Source: Candidatus Bathyarchaeota archaeon
GTDB taxonomy: Archaea; Thermoproteota; Bathyarchaeia; 40CM-2-53-6; RBG-13-38-9
Length of the DNA stretch: 64,000 bases
Reading direction: 5' to 3'
Assembly (NCBI GenBank): GCA_963807605.1
Contig: CAWECG010000001.1
Location: forward strand, 32,001-96,000
Shown: piece by piece, positions 55,273 to 64,000 of the stretch
Position numbering within the stretch: position 1 is the stretch's first letter
How the letters are laid out: each line of letters starts with the position of its first letter
Notes under the pieces: generated by a model
The model's input: only the letters and a program-made list of their open reading frames with translations
What the model was told of the DNA's origin: nothing
The model's database searches: none
Position numbers and translations under genes: made by a program

Positions 55273-56221
55273 TCAAAGAAGCAAAGCTAGGAGGCTTTTC
55301 GTTGTGTGTAGTCTGTTTTCAGCTTGATCCCAAACCACGGATTGAGGGCCGTCGATAACCTCTCCTGTGACTTCCTCACCTCTTCGACAAGGAAGTGGAT
55401 GCATAAAGATGGCTGCGCTGGATGCTGAAAGCATTAATTCGGAATTGACTTGGTATTCCGGTAGGAAAGATCTCAGTCTCTCCTCTCTCTCAGCCTCCTG
55501 TCCCATGCTCACAAAGACATCCGTGTAGACAATGTCTGCTTCTGCAACTGCGTGCTTAGGGGATGTGGTGATGTCAACACTCGAACCTGTAGTCTCAGCG
55601 TTTTTTTTGGCTGTTCTCACGAATTCGGGGTCAGGCTCGTATATGGCTGGGCAGGCGACTGCTATGTTTATGCCCATCTTTGAACAGCCGATCAAGAGAG
55701 AGTTGCAGACGTTGTTACCATCTCCGACATAGGCTAAAGTGAGGTTTTCAAGGGTGCGTTTCTTCTCCCAGATTGTCATAAGATCTGCGATGGTCTGCAC
55801 AGGATGTTCCTTATCGGACAGACCATTTATTACTGGTACAGCCGAGTATCGGGCCAACTCATCCAGTGTGCTGTGTGAGGTCACTCTGGCAACTATTCCG
55901 TCAACATACCCGCCAAGTGTTCTGGCCGTGTCGGCTACAGTCTCTCCCCGGCCAAGCTGCAAGTCTAGCCAATTCAGATAGAGCGCATGCCCGCCAAGTT
56001 GACGCATAGCCACTTCAAATGAGGCTCTTCTCCGATCACCAAGGTTAGACCTCAGGTGATGTTCGGGTAGAGGGCTTCTGAAAGATCATAGCCAGACTCT
56101 TACTTGGAAGTAGCTTGGACATCCGTCTCCTCTTAAGATTCCTTGCAAACTTCAGGGTTCGCCAAATTTCACTATTCCCGTAGTCCTGCAGTGAGAGGAA
56201 GTCCCTTCCCTTTATCGACAT
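55273..56221 (-). CDS. argF: Ornithine carbamoyltransferase interrupted by a 31-nt BHB-type intron; join(56221..56061, 56029..55273), 305 aa
   Basis: SD AGGTGA plus ATG at 56221 gives MSIKGRDFLSL...MIFQKPSTRT|RASFEVAM; HPVQ, SMG and HPLP motifs downstream. Confidence 0.92.
56030..56060 (-). other. mRNA intron (bulge-helix-bulge/loop type) in argF
   Basis: CCGA AC|A UCACC...GGUGA UCGG AG|A AGAG: perfect 4-bp central helix, two 3-nt bulges and an intron hairpin. Excision restores the frame and the STRTR motif. Confidence 0.87.
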
Positions 56222-56388
56222 ATTTTCACCTGAGAATAGTGGTGAGGTGGCAGTATATAGTCGCTAAGGAAGCGGATCTGTGGTCGCGTTGAATTGGCAT
56301 ACGAAAAAGAAAATGTTGTGATATCCGCCTAGATAAAAAGGGGTATGACTCGCCGTTGCGTTAGTGGATGCTCCCCCAGGTCTCTACA

Positions 56389-56922
56389 TCACGTAGCTTC
56401 AAACTCTATTCTCAAAGTCATGCCGCTGATCTCCTTTGCAAGTCTTCTGGCAAGCTCAAAGTCAACGGGCATGTGTCGAGGTCTTCTTCCGTGAAGTATG
56501 ACTTTAGTCTCAGTAATCTCGCCAGGCAACCAGACAGTGTTGATCGTCAGAATTGAGATTGGACTGAAAAGATCCTCTATGAGTTGCCTTGAGTCGCCAC
56601 TATAGCCGAGAACCTTGATTCTACGACCCGTCTTCTCTCCTACGGCACGCACAATCTTCCCACCAGAGCTAAGCACCTTGCCAACATCCTGTTTGTTAAC
56701 TAGTATGGCTAGAACCTCCCCGGATTCAATAGCTCGTTCAAACGAGACGTCCTGCAGTATTGGAAACTCTTTCTCCAACTCATATAGGATTCTAACGATC
56801 CTTAGGTCTAGGTCTGTTATCTGGCCTTTTCTGAGTTTCTCCTCGCACCTTGGACATAAGACTCCGCTCTTGACACAGAAGTTGTCCAGAGTGGTCTTCA
56901 CCAAGATGTTTTCCTCCAACAA
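56389..56922 (-). CDS. NusA-like KH-domain protein with an N-terminal Zn motif
   Basis: FCVKSGVLCPRC, GGKIV KH-type motif, INTVWLP. Confidence 0.8.
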   Translation of the reverse strand: MLEENILVKTTLDNFCVKSGVLCPRCEEKLRKGQITDLDLRIVRILYELEKEFPILQDVSFERAIESGEVLAILVNKQDVGKVLSSGGKIVRAVGEKTGRRIKVLGYSGDSRQLIEDLFSPISILTINTVWLPGEITETKVILHGRRPRHMPVDFELARRLAKEISGMTLRIEFEAT

Positions 56923-57345
56923 GGAAGGAGCCGTCTGGACTCATGGATATAGTGTTGGTCCTTTCTTGAAAACATCCTCACGGCTATCCTACTGCTCTTC
57001 TACTGTTTTTGTGTACGCTACATTGAAACGGACAATAAATGCGTTATGGTTTCAAAATTCCGCGATAGCTGAAAGCACCTAGCTATTCAGATTCGCATAA
57101 GAACTGGTTCTGAATTACACTGAGCGGTTATGCAATTGTCCACTGGGAAAGGGAGAGATTTAGTCAAGCTCAGGGTGAAATCGTGTTGGCAAACCTCCAC
57201 GATTTTGATTTGTTAATGGTGGTTACAAGCCGAGGGATCGAAGAAGCGCATCGCGGGCTGTCCCAATGAATCTGATCTGCGTTCCGACAAGAATCGGTTT
57301 CTTATCGGACTTTCCGGTATTTGAGCACAATGTGCAAATCTTAAA

Positions 57346-58710
57346 ATGAAATACAATGCCCAGAAGTACAAGAGTTGGGATAAGAACGTGAAAATCGAGC
57401 CTTTGGACTCTTGGCGAAGGACACATTACTCAAGCATGGTTACGCCTGACCTCGATGGTAGCGAAGTGACGATTTTTGGCTGGATCCAAGACATACGTGA
57501 CCTTGGAAACATAGTCTTCATCACTTTGAGGGACAGAGAAGGTATTCTTCAGGTCACTGCAACGTCCAAGAAAGCTGACCTTGATACTTTTCAGAAACTC
57601 AAGAGCTTGGGAAAGCAATTTGCGGTTGGAATAAAAGGCATTGTCGCCAAGAGGGACGAGGCTCCGCGTGGCGTCGAGCTGATTCCAAGAGAAGTCAAAG
57701 TCCTAGGGCTGGCGAGTTCCCCTCTGCCCTTGGATCCAACTGGAAGAGTGCCGGCCGACGTTGACGTTCGACTGGATGCCCGGATTCTAGACCTGCGGAG
57801 ACCCGAGCCGCAGGCTATCTTCAAGGTCAGGCATGAAATTGTTAGTGTGATCAGACAATTCCTAAGTGAGAGGGGCTACCTCGAGGTACACACCCCGAGG
57901 ATAATAGCTGCTGCTGCTGAGGGGGGTGCATCCCTCTTCCCAGTTGAATACTTCGACGAGAAAGCCTACTTGGCGCAGAGCCCTGAGCTGTACAAGGAAG
58001 AGTTAATCTCAGTCTTTGAGAAAGTCTTTGAAATAGGGACCTTCTTCAGGGCTGAGGAATCACACACCAGAAGACATCTGAATGAGTTCATCTCCGTCGA
58101 TGTTGAAGAAGCCTTTGCAGAAGCAAAAGATGTCATGACCCTTCAGGAAGAACTCCTAGCAAGCATACTGAAGAGGCTTGAAAAGAGATGTGCGACCGAG
58201 CTTGGCATACTTAGCCTAGAACTTCCGTCGATCAGATTGCCTCTTACCAGATACACCTACTCCGAAGTTATCGATCAATTACAAAAAAGTGGCTTCGAGA
58301 TTCGGTGGGGCGACGATCTATCTACGCCAGCGTCTAGAGCTCTCGGGCAACTTCACAAGGACGAGTTCTACTTTGTGACTGAATGGCCAACCAAGACCCG
58401 GCCCTTCTACATCAAGCCAAGAGCCGATAAGAAGGAGATCTGTGAAGCTTTTGACTTCATGTTTGAATGGATTGAGATAACATCAGGTGGTTCAAGAGTC
58501 GATGACAAGCAGCAACTAATCGAGAGACTTAGAGAACAGGGACTCTCACCTGCAAGTTTTGATTTCCACCTTAAGACTTACGATTATGGAATGCCCCCTC
58601 ACGCTGGATGGGGTATGGGCCTGGACAGACTTGTCATGGCCATCCTGAGAAGAGAGAATATCCGGGACGTGGTCCTCTTCCCAAGGGATAGATTCAGACT
58701 CAGACCTTGA
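57346..58710 (+). CDS. aspS: Aspartate-tRNA ligase, probably non-discriminating (start may be GTG 57388)
   Basis: RTHYS, LAQSPELYKE, FRAEES, PPHAGWGMG, FPRD; Pro in the EAPRG loop. Confidence 0.95.
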   Translation: MKYNAQKYKSWDKNVKIEPLDSWRRTHYSSMVTPDLDGSEVTIFGWIQDIRDLGNIVFITLRDREGILQVTATSKKADLDTFQKLKSLGKQFAVGIKGIVAKRDEAPRGVELIPREVKVLGLASSPLPLDPTGRVPADVDVRLDARILDLRRPEPQAIFKVRHEIVSVIRQFLSERGYLEVHTPRIIAAAAEGGASLFPVEYFDEKAYLAQSPELYKEELISVFEKVFEIGTFFRAEESHTRRHLNEFISVDVEEAFAEAKDVMTLQEELLASILKRLEKRCATELGILSLELPSIRLPLTRYTYSEVIDQLQKSGFEIRWGDDLSTPASRALGQLHKDEFYFVTEWPTKTRPFYIKPRADKKEICEAFDFMFEWIEITSGGSRVDDKQQLIERLREQGLSPASFDFHLKTYDYGMPPHAGWGMGLDRLVMAILRRENIRDVVLFPRDRFRLRP

Positions 58711-58726
58711 AGGTCGGGTTGTTGAT

Positions 58727-58891
58727 CTACTTCGCTCCGAGTTCGCGTTTCTTCCATCTGAGATGCCCGCCATGACATTTTCTACATCTGTATGCGGCGG
58801 CTGAATTCTTGACTCCGCAATCTCTACAAATCTTATAGAATAGCCTATGTTTTTGTGCCAACTGTTTCTTAGCTATGTCTGTTATGGGCAT
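58727..58891 (-). CDS. rpl40e: 50S ribosomal protein L40e
   Basis: MPITD...KICRDCGVKN...RCRKC...LRWKKR. Confidence 0.93.
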   Translation of the reverse strand: MPITDIAKKQLAQKHRLFYKICRDCGVKNSAAAYRCRKCHGGHLRWKKRELGAK

Positions 58892-59074
58892 TCCCGATGA
58901 CCTCGGACAACACAAGGGACTGATTCGGGCAAATATGTCTTTTGGATAAGACTTGCGTTAATTTTGAGAGAACCTTAATACAATAGGCTTCCGGATAAAA
59001 AGGCCAAACAATGATTCGTCGAAGGTGTCTTTGCAAGCAGGCTTAGCTTTGAAAACACATGGCTGGTTGATTGG

Positions 59075-59497
59075 TTGAGGCTGGAAAAGATCCTAGGAAT
59101 TGTACTGAGCGCAGCTGGCCTCACATGCCTAGCTCTAGGAATCTTCTCAGTAAGCAGATTGATGAACATCTTCATCCCGAATATGGAGGAGGCAACAAGC
59201 AATGAGTTGGCATCATTCTTCTATATCTCAACACCGCAGACGATTCTCTGGTCTATAGCCTTTGTAACCTTCTTTGCCTCGGGGATGTTCCTGACGACAA
59301 GAACTGCCGGATTAACTGAAGAAGTAGATGAGCTCTCAAAAGTCTTGAGAGAGAGCGGAGACCCAGAAATCCTTGCTGCGAGCCAAGATTCAGAGGAACA
59401 AGTGAAAAGCGAGGCAGATAATAGGGTACTAACCATTAAGGCCGAGGTCCTTAAGGCCATTGAACGACTTGAGAAACTGGACCAGTCAACTGATTGA
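59075..59497 (+). CDS. Two-TM membrane hypothetical protein
   Basis: Two hydrophobic segments and a charged C-terminus. Confidence 0.65.
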   Translation: MRLEKILGIVLSAAGLTCLALGIFSVSRLMNIFIPNMEEATSNELASFFYISTPQTILWSIAFVTFFASGMFLTTRTAGLTEEVDELSKVLRESGDPEILAASQDSEEQVKSEADNRVLTIKAEVLKAIERLEKLDQSTD

Positions 59498-59819
59498 TTA
59501 AACGCGCATGTTTCTTCTGCTTCACTCCCAAATCCTGCAAAAGGCAAAGATTGTCTGCTGCTCCGATGGTCTAACTAAGGCCGACGAAGAGGCTTCGAAG
59601 TTCAATCATGCTGAGAGTCCGCAAGAAGCCCTTCAGATGACTTTAAAAGAAACGGGGACAAAAGAGTAAAGTCGGAAACGCGAAATGTGGAGAGATACTT
59701 CTAATAATCACCTCGTTCCTAAAGATGATGAAGAAAGAAGGGGTTTAGCAAAGCCTGGACAGGACGCCATGCGAAAGCTTTACTTAACCCATTCTAAAAT
59801 TATAGTTGGAGAGTGACGA

Positions 59820-61088
59820 TTGTCTATGGGCCAAGAACCCTATTATCCTTATGATGAGGAGAGAAGGAGAGCGGCCGCGCGTGCTATGGGCCAAGAACCC
59901 TATTATCCTGGTGATGAGGAGAGAGGGAAGAGAGATAGACAGAGGGATGAGAGTGGTGCTACTTCTAAAAGGCAGATTTATGCCCTTGTCGGACTGTTCA
60001 TGATAAGTGTTCTGGTAATCGGTGTAGTTCTAGCTCTCTTGTCCAGCGGAGTAGGTCAAAGCAGCGGCAACGGGAGTTGGTGGCAGAAGGTCTCCATAAC
60101 ACACACACCCATCACAACATCATCACTCGGCACGGATATAGTGGTAACCGCCAACGTCATCGGAACCCCCAAAAATGTCACATTAAACTATCTAATCATA
60201 CCTAACAATGCCACATATTCAATAATTCGGACCGTTGCACCAGAGACCGTTTATATGCTCTTACTGTCGCCTGGAGGTACTCAGTATTCCTATACGATTC
60301 AAGGCACTGAGGTGCTGGGGGACGTGACCTATTACATATCGGCTGCTGATGCCTATGGAAACAGCGCGGTAACACCACAATATAAAATACTGGTCGATGA
60401 TTACAATATCCAAACTTCGCTTAAACTGATGACTGTCTATGTGTCGTATCCTGCAACGACAACGGTTTACGTGAATTCCCTTAACAATTGGGTCTCTCCA
60501 ATCTCATTGAGAGCCACCGTGCTCGGTCTGCAAGCACTACCGGGAGGATTGGAAGCGGACTTTACCCCGCAGACTGTGTCACCACCTAAGGGTGGAACAG
60601 TGACCGCAACAATGACAGTAAGGGCTACATCAAACCAATTCGTTCCAGGTGGCATCTACTATATGAGAGTGGAGGGGCTTGCTTCTACTCCAAGAGGGTC
60701 CTTCATGAGAAACGGTTCAGAAACACAACTTGAGGTTCCTGACTTCAATTTCACAGTGACCCCGACAGCCCAGAGCGTGGTAAGACAAGTCGTCAACCAG
60801 ATAGTCGAGCAGATAACACCCTTCAATCTCACAATAAATATAAATCAGGGATTCGAGTCAACGCTAGCCTTCCGTACTTCCGGTCTGCCCACAACTGGAT
60901 TATTCATACGTTGGCTTAATGCAAATTCTACTATTCACACGAACGGAAGAACCATTGTGACTCTTCAGATCGTAACAGATACCTCGGTTGAAACAGGCAG
61001 TTATACGTGTACTATTTACGTTTCAGCTGGAGGGCTCGAGAAGTGGCAACAAGTCTCATTCGTTGTATTAGCGACCACGCAATCATAA
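59820..61088 (+). CDS. Type II membrane cell-surface protein with Ig-like beta domains
   Basis: Charged N-tail, single TM, Thr/Val-rich beta region (ITHTP, YYISAAD, DFNFTVTP). Confidence 0.75.
   Translation: MSMGQEPYYPYDEERRRAAARAMGQEPYYPGDEERGKRDRQRDESGATSKRQIYALVGLFMISVLVIGVVLALLSSGVGQSSGNGSWWQKVSITHTPITTSSLGTDIVVTANVIGTPKNVTLNYLIIPNNATYSIIRTVAPETVYMLLLSPGGTQYSYTIQGTEVLGDVTYYISAADAYGNSAVTPQYKILVDDYNIQTSLKLMTVYVSYPATTTVYVNSLNNWVSPISLRATVLGLQALPGGLEADFTPQTVSPPKGGTVTATMTVRATSNQFVPGGIYYMRVEGLASTPRGSFMRNGSETQLEVPDFNFTVTPTAQSVVRQVVNQIVEQITPFNLTININQGFESTLAFRTSGLPTTGLFIRWLNANSTIHTNGRTIVTLQIVTDTSVETGSYTCTIYVSAGGLEKWQQVSFVVLATTQS
59824..59924 (+). repeat. 60-nt-period tandem duplication encoding MGQEPYYPxDEER twice
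   Basis: CTATGGGCCAAGAACCCTATTATCCT at 59824 and 59884, each followed by NN-TGATGAGGAGAGA. Confidence 0.9.
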
Positions 61089-61250
61089 ATGGAGTATTAA
61101 CGCTCGCTTCTTATGAGTTGTCCTTGCAGGATCTGAACAGATCAGTATAGGCTACATTAGCCTGACATCCAACTAAAGATTATTTCATGGAGCGGTAGCT
61201 AGCGCCTTCACAAGAAAGGGAATAATATCCTTTTAGAGTGACATCTCGGG

Positions 61251-62618
61251 ATGCTTGGGTCAAAGACAATTCGCTGGGACGACTGGATCGGGAATGCAAG
61301 CCCTACCCCCTTTGGGGGCACAGGCACTAGCGGCGAAATGATGTTGACCCGAAGTCCAGGGTCAAAAATATGCCTTCTTTGCAGAGGAGGTAAGATGCTG
61401 TGTGGAAAGTTTCAATGCCCAGTAGTCGCTCGAGCTGAGGCTTTAGTCAAACTGCGTGGATTGATTGACAAGGAGATTATAGCGGGTTCGACACCACCAG
61501 CAGTCTTTGTAGGACGTTTTGGGTATCCAAGAGTCAACATTGGACCGATGATCCCTCCCTATTATGGGGATACCGAAATACTAGATACTCCTGAACTGTG
61601 GATGGGAAAGTCGATAGAGGAAGTGATCGATTATCGATTCTCTCTGGTAAGAGGAAAGTCTAGGTCACATGTTTTTGAGGTACAAAAGCCCAGTAGACTT
61701 CTGGAGACGCTCCAAGAGCTCGCCATGGGGGAGAAGCCTGCTGACACAGAAGCAGTCTTCACAAGGAAACCCCGAAGAATGTTGGTCTTGAGTGACGATG
61801 CGCAGCCTTTTGGTCCATCTGCTCCTATGAAGAGTTTCATAACGTCCAACGTTTCAGTCGATAGGAGAATCGAGAAATCTTTCTACGACAGGGATATGAA
61901 AGCCTCTGAAGCTATTTTATCCCTATACAAGGCTGGAGTACTTGTAACAAGGATTCAACGCTCCTTCAGCCTTGGAATGTTCGGTGTCTCCTCAAAGAGA
62001 CGTCTGGTGCCAACTAGATGGGGAATTACTGCTATAGACAGCACCATATCTTCGAAGCTCATCGAAGAGGTCAAACAGTTGCCCACCATCGATGAGTATC
62101 TCGTGTATACTTTCCGAAACATCGGAAATATCTATACCGCCATACTATTCCCTGAAAAGTGGAGTTTCGAATGGATAGAGGCATGGTTTCCCAAGACCTT
62201 CTGGAACCCCTCAGGTTCACGCCCGGAGCTCATGGGAGATTTTGAACCCTACGAGGGCCGAACTTCATATGCAAGTGTTGGTGGGTGCTACTACTCAGCC
62301 AGGTTAGCACTTGCAGAAAAACTCAGTCGTGAGCGGCGACAAGCGTCAGGCTTGCTTCTAAGAGAAATACATCCAGAGTACATTCTCCCAGTAGGAGTCT
62401 GGAATGTGAGAGAAAGCATTCGAGAATTGTTAAAGATTAAACCAGCGAAGTTTGACACATTCCAGAAAGCCTTTGGCCACGCCCTGAGAGCCCTCACAAT
62501 TCCTTATAGAAGTTGGGTTGCAAGTAGCACATTAGCCAGAGAAGCCGTGTCCCAAAGAAAGCTTACACACTATTTTCATCAAGAGAGGCTTCCACGAGAT
62601 GTCGCCGAAAGCAGCTAG
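61251..62618 (+). CDS. nreA: PCNA-associated DNA repair protein Nre
   Basis: CxxCRGGKMLCG..CP, PPAVFVG, LVPTRWGITA, GGCYY, PIP box QRKLTHYF. Confidence 0.92.
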   Translation: MLGSKTIRWDDWIGNASPTPFGGTGTSGEMMLTRSPGSKICLLCRGGKMLCGKFQCPVVARAEALVKLRGLIDKEIIAGSTPPAVFVGRFGYPRVNIGPMIPPYYGDTEILDTPELWMGKSIEEVIDYRFSLVRGKSRSHVFEVQKPSRLLETLQELAMGEKPADTEAVFTRKPRRMLVLSDDAQPFGPSAPMKSFITSNVSVDRRIEKSFYDRDMKASEAILSLYKAGVLVTRIQRSFSLGMFGVSSKRRLVPTRWGITAIDSTISSKLIEEVKQLPTIDEYLVYTFRNIGNIYTAILFPEKWSFEWIEAWFPKTFWNPSGSRPELMGDFEPYEGRTSYASVGGCYYSARLALAEKLSRERRQASGLLLREIHPEYILPVGVWNVRESIRELLKIKPAKFDTFQKAFGHALRALTIPYRSWVASSTLAREAVSQRKLTHYFHQERLPRDVAESS

Positions 62619-62778
62619 AATGTTTCGAAAGCTGTCTTTCAACTGTGAATCGATAGCCGCTTCAGCTATGTCCTAGCTTCATCCTCCTCCAGTGTTTTGG
62701 ACTGAAGTCTTAATTGGCCGTCAACGACAAGATAATTTGCTCAGATTTCGATCGCACAACAAATCCGTGGTGATATGC

Positions 62779-63813
62779 TTGGGCGTTGATCTCGGGGGAA
62801 TAATTGAGAAGAAGAAAATTAGTCTTGATGATCTTCGAGGGAAAGCACTCGCCATAGACGGCTACAATGCTCTCTACCAGTTTCTCGCAATCATAAGAGG
62901 AGAGGCGGGCGAACCTCTTATGGATGGGACCGGAAGAGTGACCAGTCATCTCAGTGGGCTGTTCTACCGAACCGTGAACATGATCGAAAAGGGGGTCCGA
63001 GTAGTGTACGTCTTCGATGGAACCCCACCGATATTGAAGGAAATCGAGATCAAGCGAAGAACGCAGATTAAAGATGACGCTCTGATACGGTATGAGGAAG
63101 CTCTCAAACGCGGTGCCATGGAAGAGGCAAGACGCTATGCTCAGATGACTTCCCGGCTGAAGGATGATATGGTTGATGACGCCAAGAGATTGCTGAGCAG
63201 CATGGGTGTTCCATGGGTACAGGCACCCTCAGAAGGCGAGGCACAAGCCGCCTACATCGTGTCAAAGGATGATCTATGGGCTGTGGCAAGTCAAGACTAC
63301 GACTCTCTGCTATTCGGTGCTCCCAGACTGATACGTAATCTCACACTAAGCGGGAAAAGAAAACTCCCTGGGAAGAATGTATACGTGGAGGTAGAGACCG
63401 AACTCTCTGAGCTTAGTAGGGTATTGAAAGATCTCGGGCTCACAAGAGAACAACTTATCGACTTGGCTATACTTCTCGGGACAGACTATAACCCCGGTGG
63501 GGTCAAGGGTATTGGTCCAAAAACTGGTCTTAAACTCATCAAAGAACATGGAGATTTCGAAAGCGTAATCAAGCATCTACCAGATCTAGCGCCAATTGAA
63601 GACCTTATGACTATCCGACAGATCTTTCTCAGACCTAACGTTACTAGCGATTACAAGATCGAATGGGGAAAGCCTGACATCGATGGTATAATCCAGTTTC
63701 TCTGTAGAGAAAGAGACTTCTCAGAGGAGAGGGTCAGAAATGCTATTGACCGTATTCTGAAGAGTGGGAATATCGGAGATCGAATGACCCTCGAGAAGTT
63801 CTTTGGAGGTTAA
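62779..63813 (+). CDS. fen: Flap endonuclease 1 (TTG start at 62779; frame open from 62692)
   Basis: MGVDL, IDGYNALYQF, APSEGEAQAA, SQDYD, GTDY, C-terminal TLEKFF. Confidence 0.96.
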   Translation: MGVDLGGIIEKKKISLDDLRGKALAIDGYNALYQFLAIIRGEAGEPLMDGTGRVTSHLSGLFYRTVNMIEKGVRVVYVFDGTPPILKEIEIKRRTQIKDDALIRYEEALKRGAMEEARRYAQMTSRLKDDMVDDAKRLLSSMGVPWVQAPSEGEAQAAYIVSKDDLWAVASQDYDSLLFGAPRLIRNLTLSGKRKLPGKNVYVEVETELSELSRVLKDLGLTREQLIDLAILLGTDYNPGGVKGIGPKTGLKLIKEHGDFESVIKHLPDLAPIEDLMTIRQIFLRPNVTSDYKIEWGKPDIDGIIQFLCRERDFSEERVRNAIDRILKSGNIGDRMTLEKFFGG

Positions 63814-63815
63814 GC

Positions 63816-63998
63816 TCAAGTAGACTTTCTTCTCAAGTTCAGCCTCAGACTATCAAGGGATAAACTCATCTTGTTTAGGACGTTCTCGCTGGCCGCTACA
63901 GCATTTATCAGCTTCTTTATCTCAGCGCATTGGTTTGCGTACATCGACGCGAGATGCTCATCCTTCGCCATCTGGGCCTGAACGCATTTTTCAAACGT
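63816..63998 (-). CDS. 3' part of a short CdvB/ESCRT-III-like protein (runs off the window edge)
   Basis: ...FEKCVQAQMAKDEHLASMYANQCAEIKKL...LNKMSLSLDSL resembles the CdvB/Snf7 core hairpin. Confidence 0.65.
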   Translation of the reverse strand, partial: TFEKCVQAQMAKDEHLASMYANQCAEIKKLINAVAASENVLNKMSLSLDSLRLNLRRKST

Positions 63999-64000
63999 CT

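Noticed and set aside
55273-56221. argF as a frameshifted pseudogene or a 246-aa truncated protein
   Set aside because: Both parts are intact, and the insert has BHB geometry whose predicted excision restores the conserved motif exactly.
57235-57310. tRNA-Asp-like mimic (CTGTC) upstream of aspS
   Set aside because: No complementary 3' anticodon stem or T-arm; only an isolated hairpin at ~57284-57310.
59498-59819. Possible small gene or RNA in this intergenic gap
   Set aside because: Only a short start-less frame and one GAAG.GGCTTC/GAAGCC.CTTC pairing, which is not enough support.
59824-59924. 26-nt repeat with ~34-nt spacing as a mini-CRISPR
   Set aside because: Only two copies, the apparent spacers are themselves similar, and the unit is an in-frame 20-codon duplication.

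Overview
Archaeal chromosomal window, probably TACK and most likely Bathyarchaeia (inferred from gene content, a CdvB-like ORF and an intron-rich tRNA; not tested). Positions 1 to ~26.4 kb are the right part of an integrated tailed (HK97-type, siphovirus-like) provirus. It carries terminases, portal, protease/scaffold, capsid, a glycosyltransferase/radical-SAM cassette, neck genes, two paralogous tail tubes, a frameshifted tail chaperone, tape measure, a needle-tipped hub, glycan-binding tail proteins, a surface Zn-hydrolase moron and a tyrosine integrase next to an orphan iorB. Positions 26.4-64 kb are host housekeeping genes: liv/paaK/ior aryl-acid cluster, cysE, acdA, pheST, ilvE, leuS, alaS, rpl12/10/1/11, spt5, secE, dtdA, argF, aspS, rpl40e, nreA and fen. 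The strongest hidden signals concern RNA splicing. A tRNA-Trp(CCA) gene folds into a canonical cloverleaf only after removal of FIVE bulge-helix-bulge (BHB)-type introns. A 31-nt BHB-type intron sits inside the protein-coding gene argF, in its STRT active-site motif. Other candidates are a ~265-nt structured viral RNA upstream of the capsid genes that shares a motif with the tail-tube leader, a putative virion glycosylation cassette, and several recoding or non-canonical start sites. All calls are by eye, without database searches.
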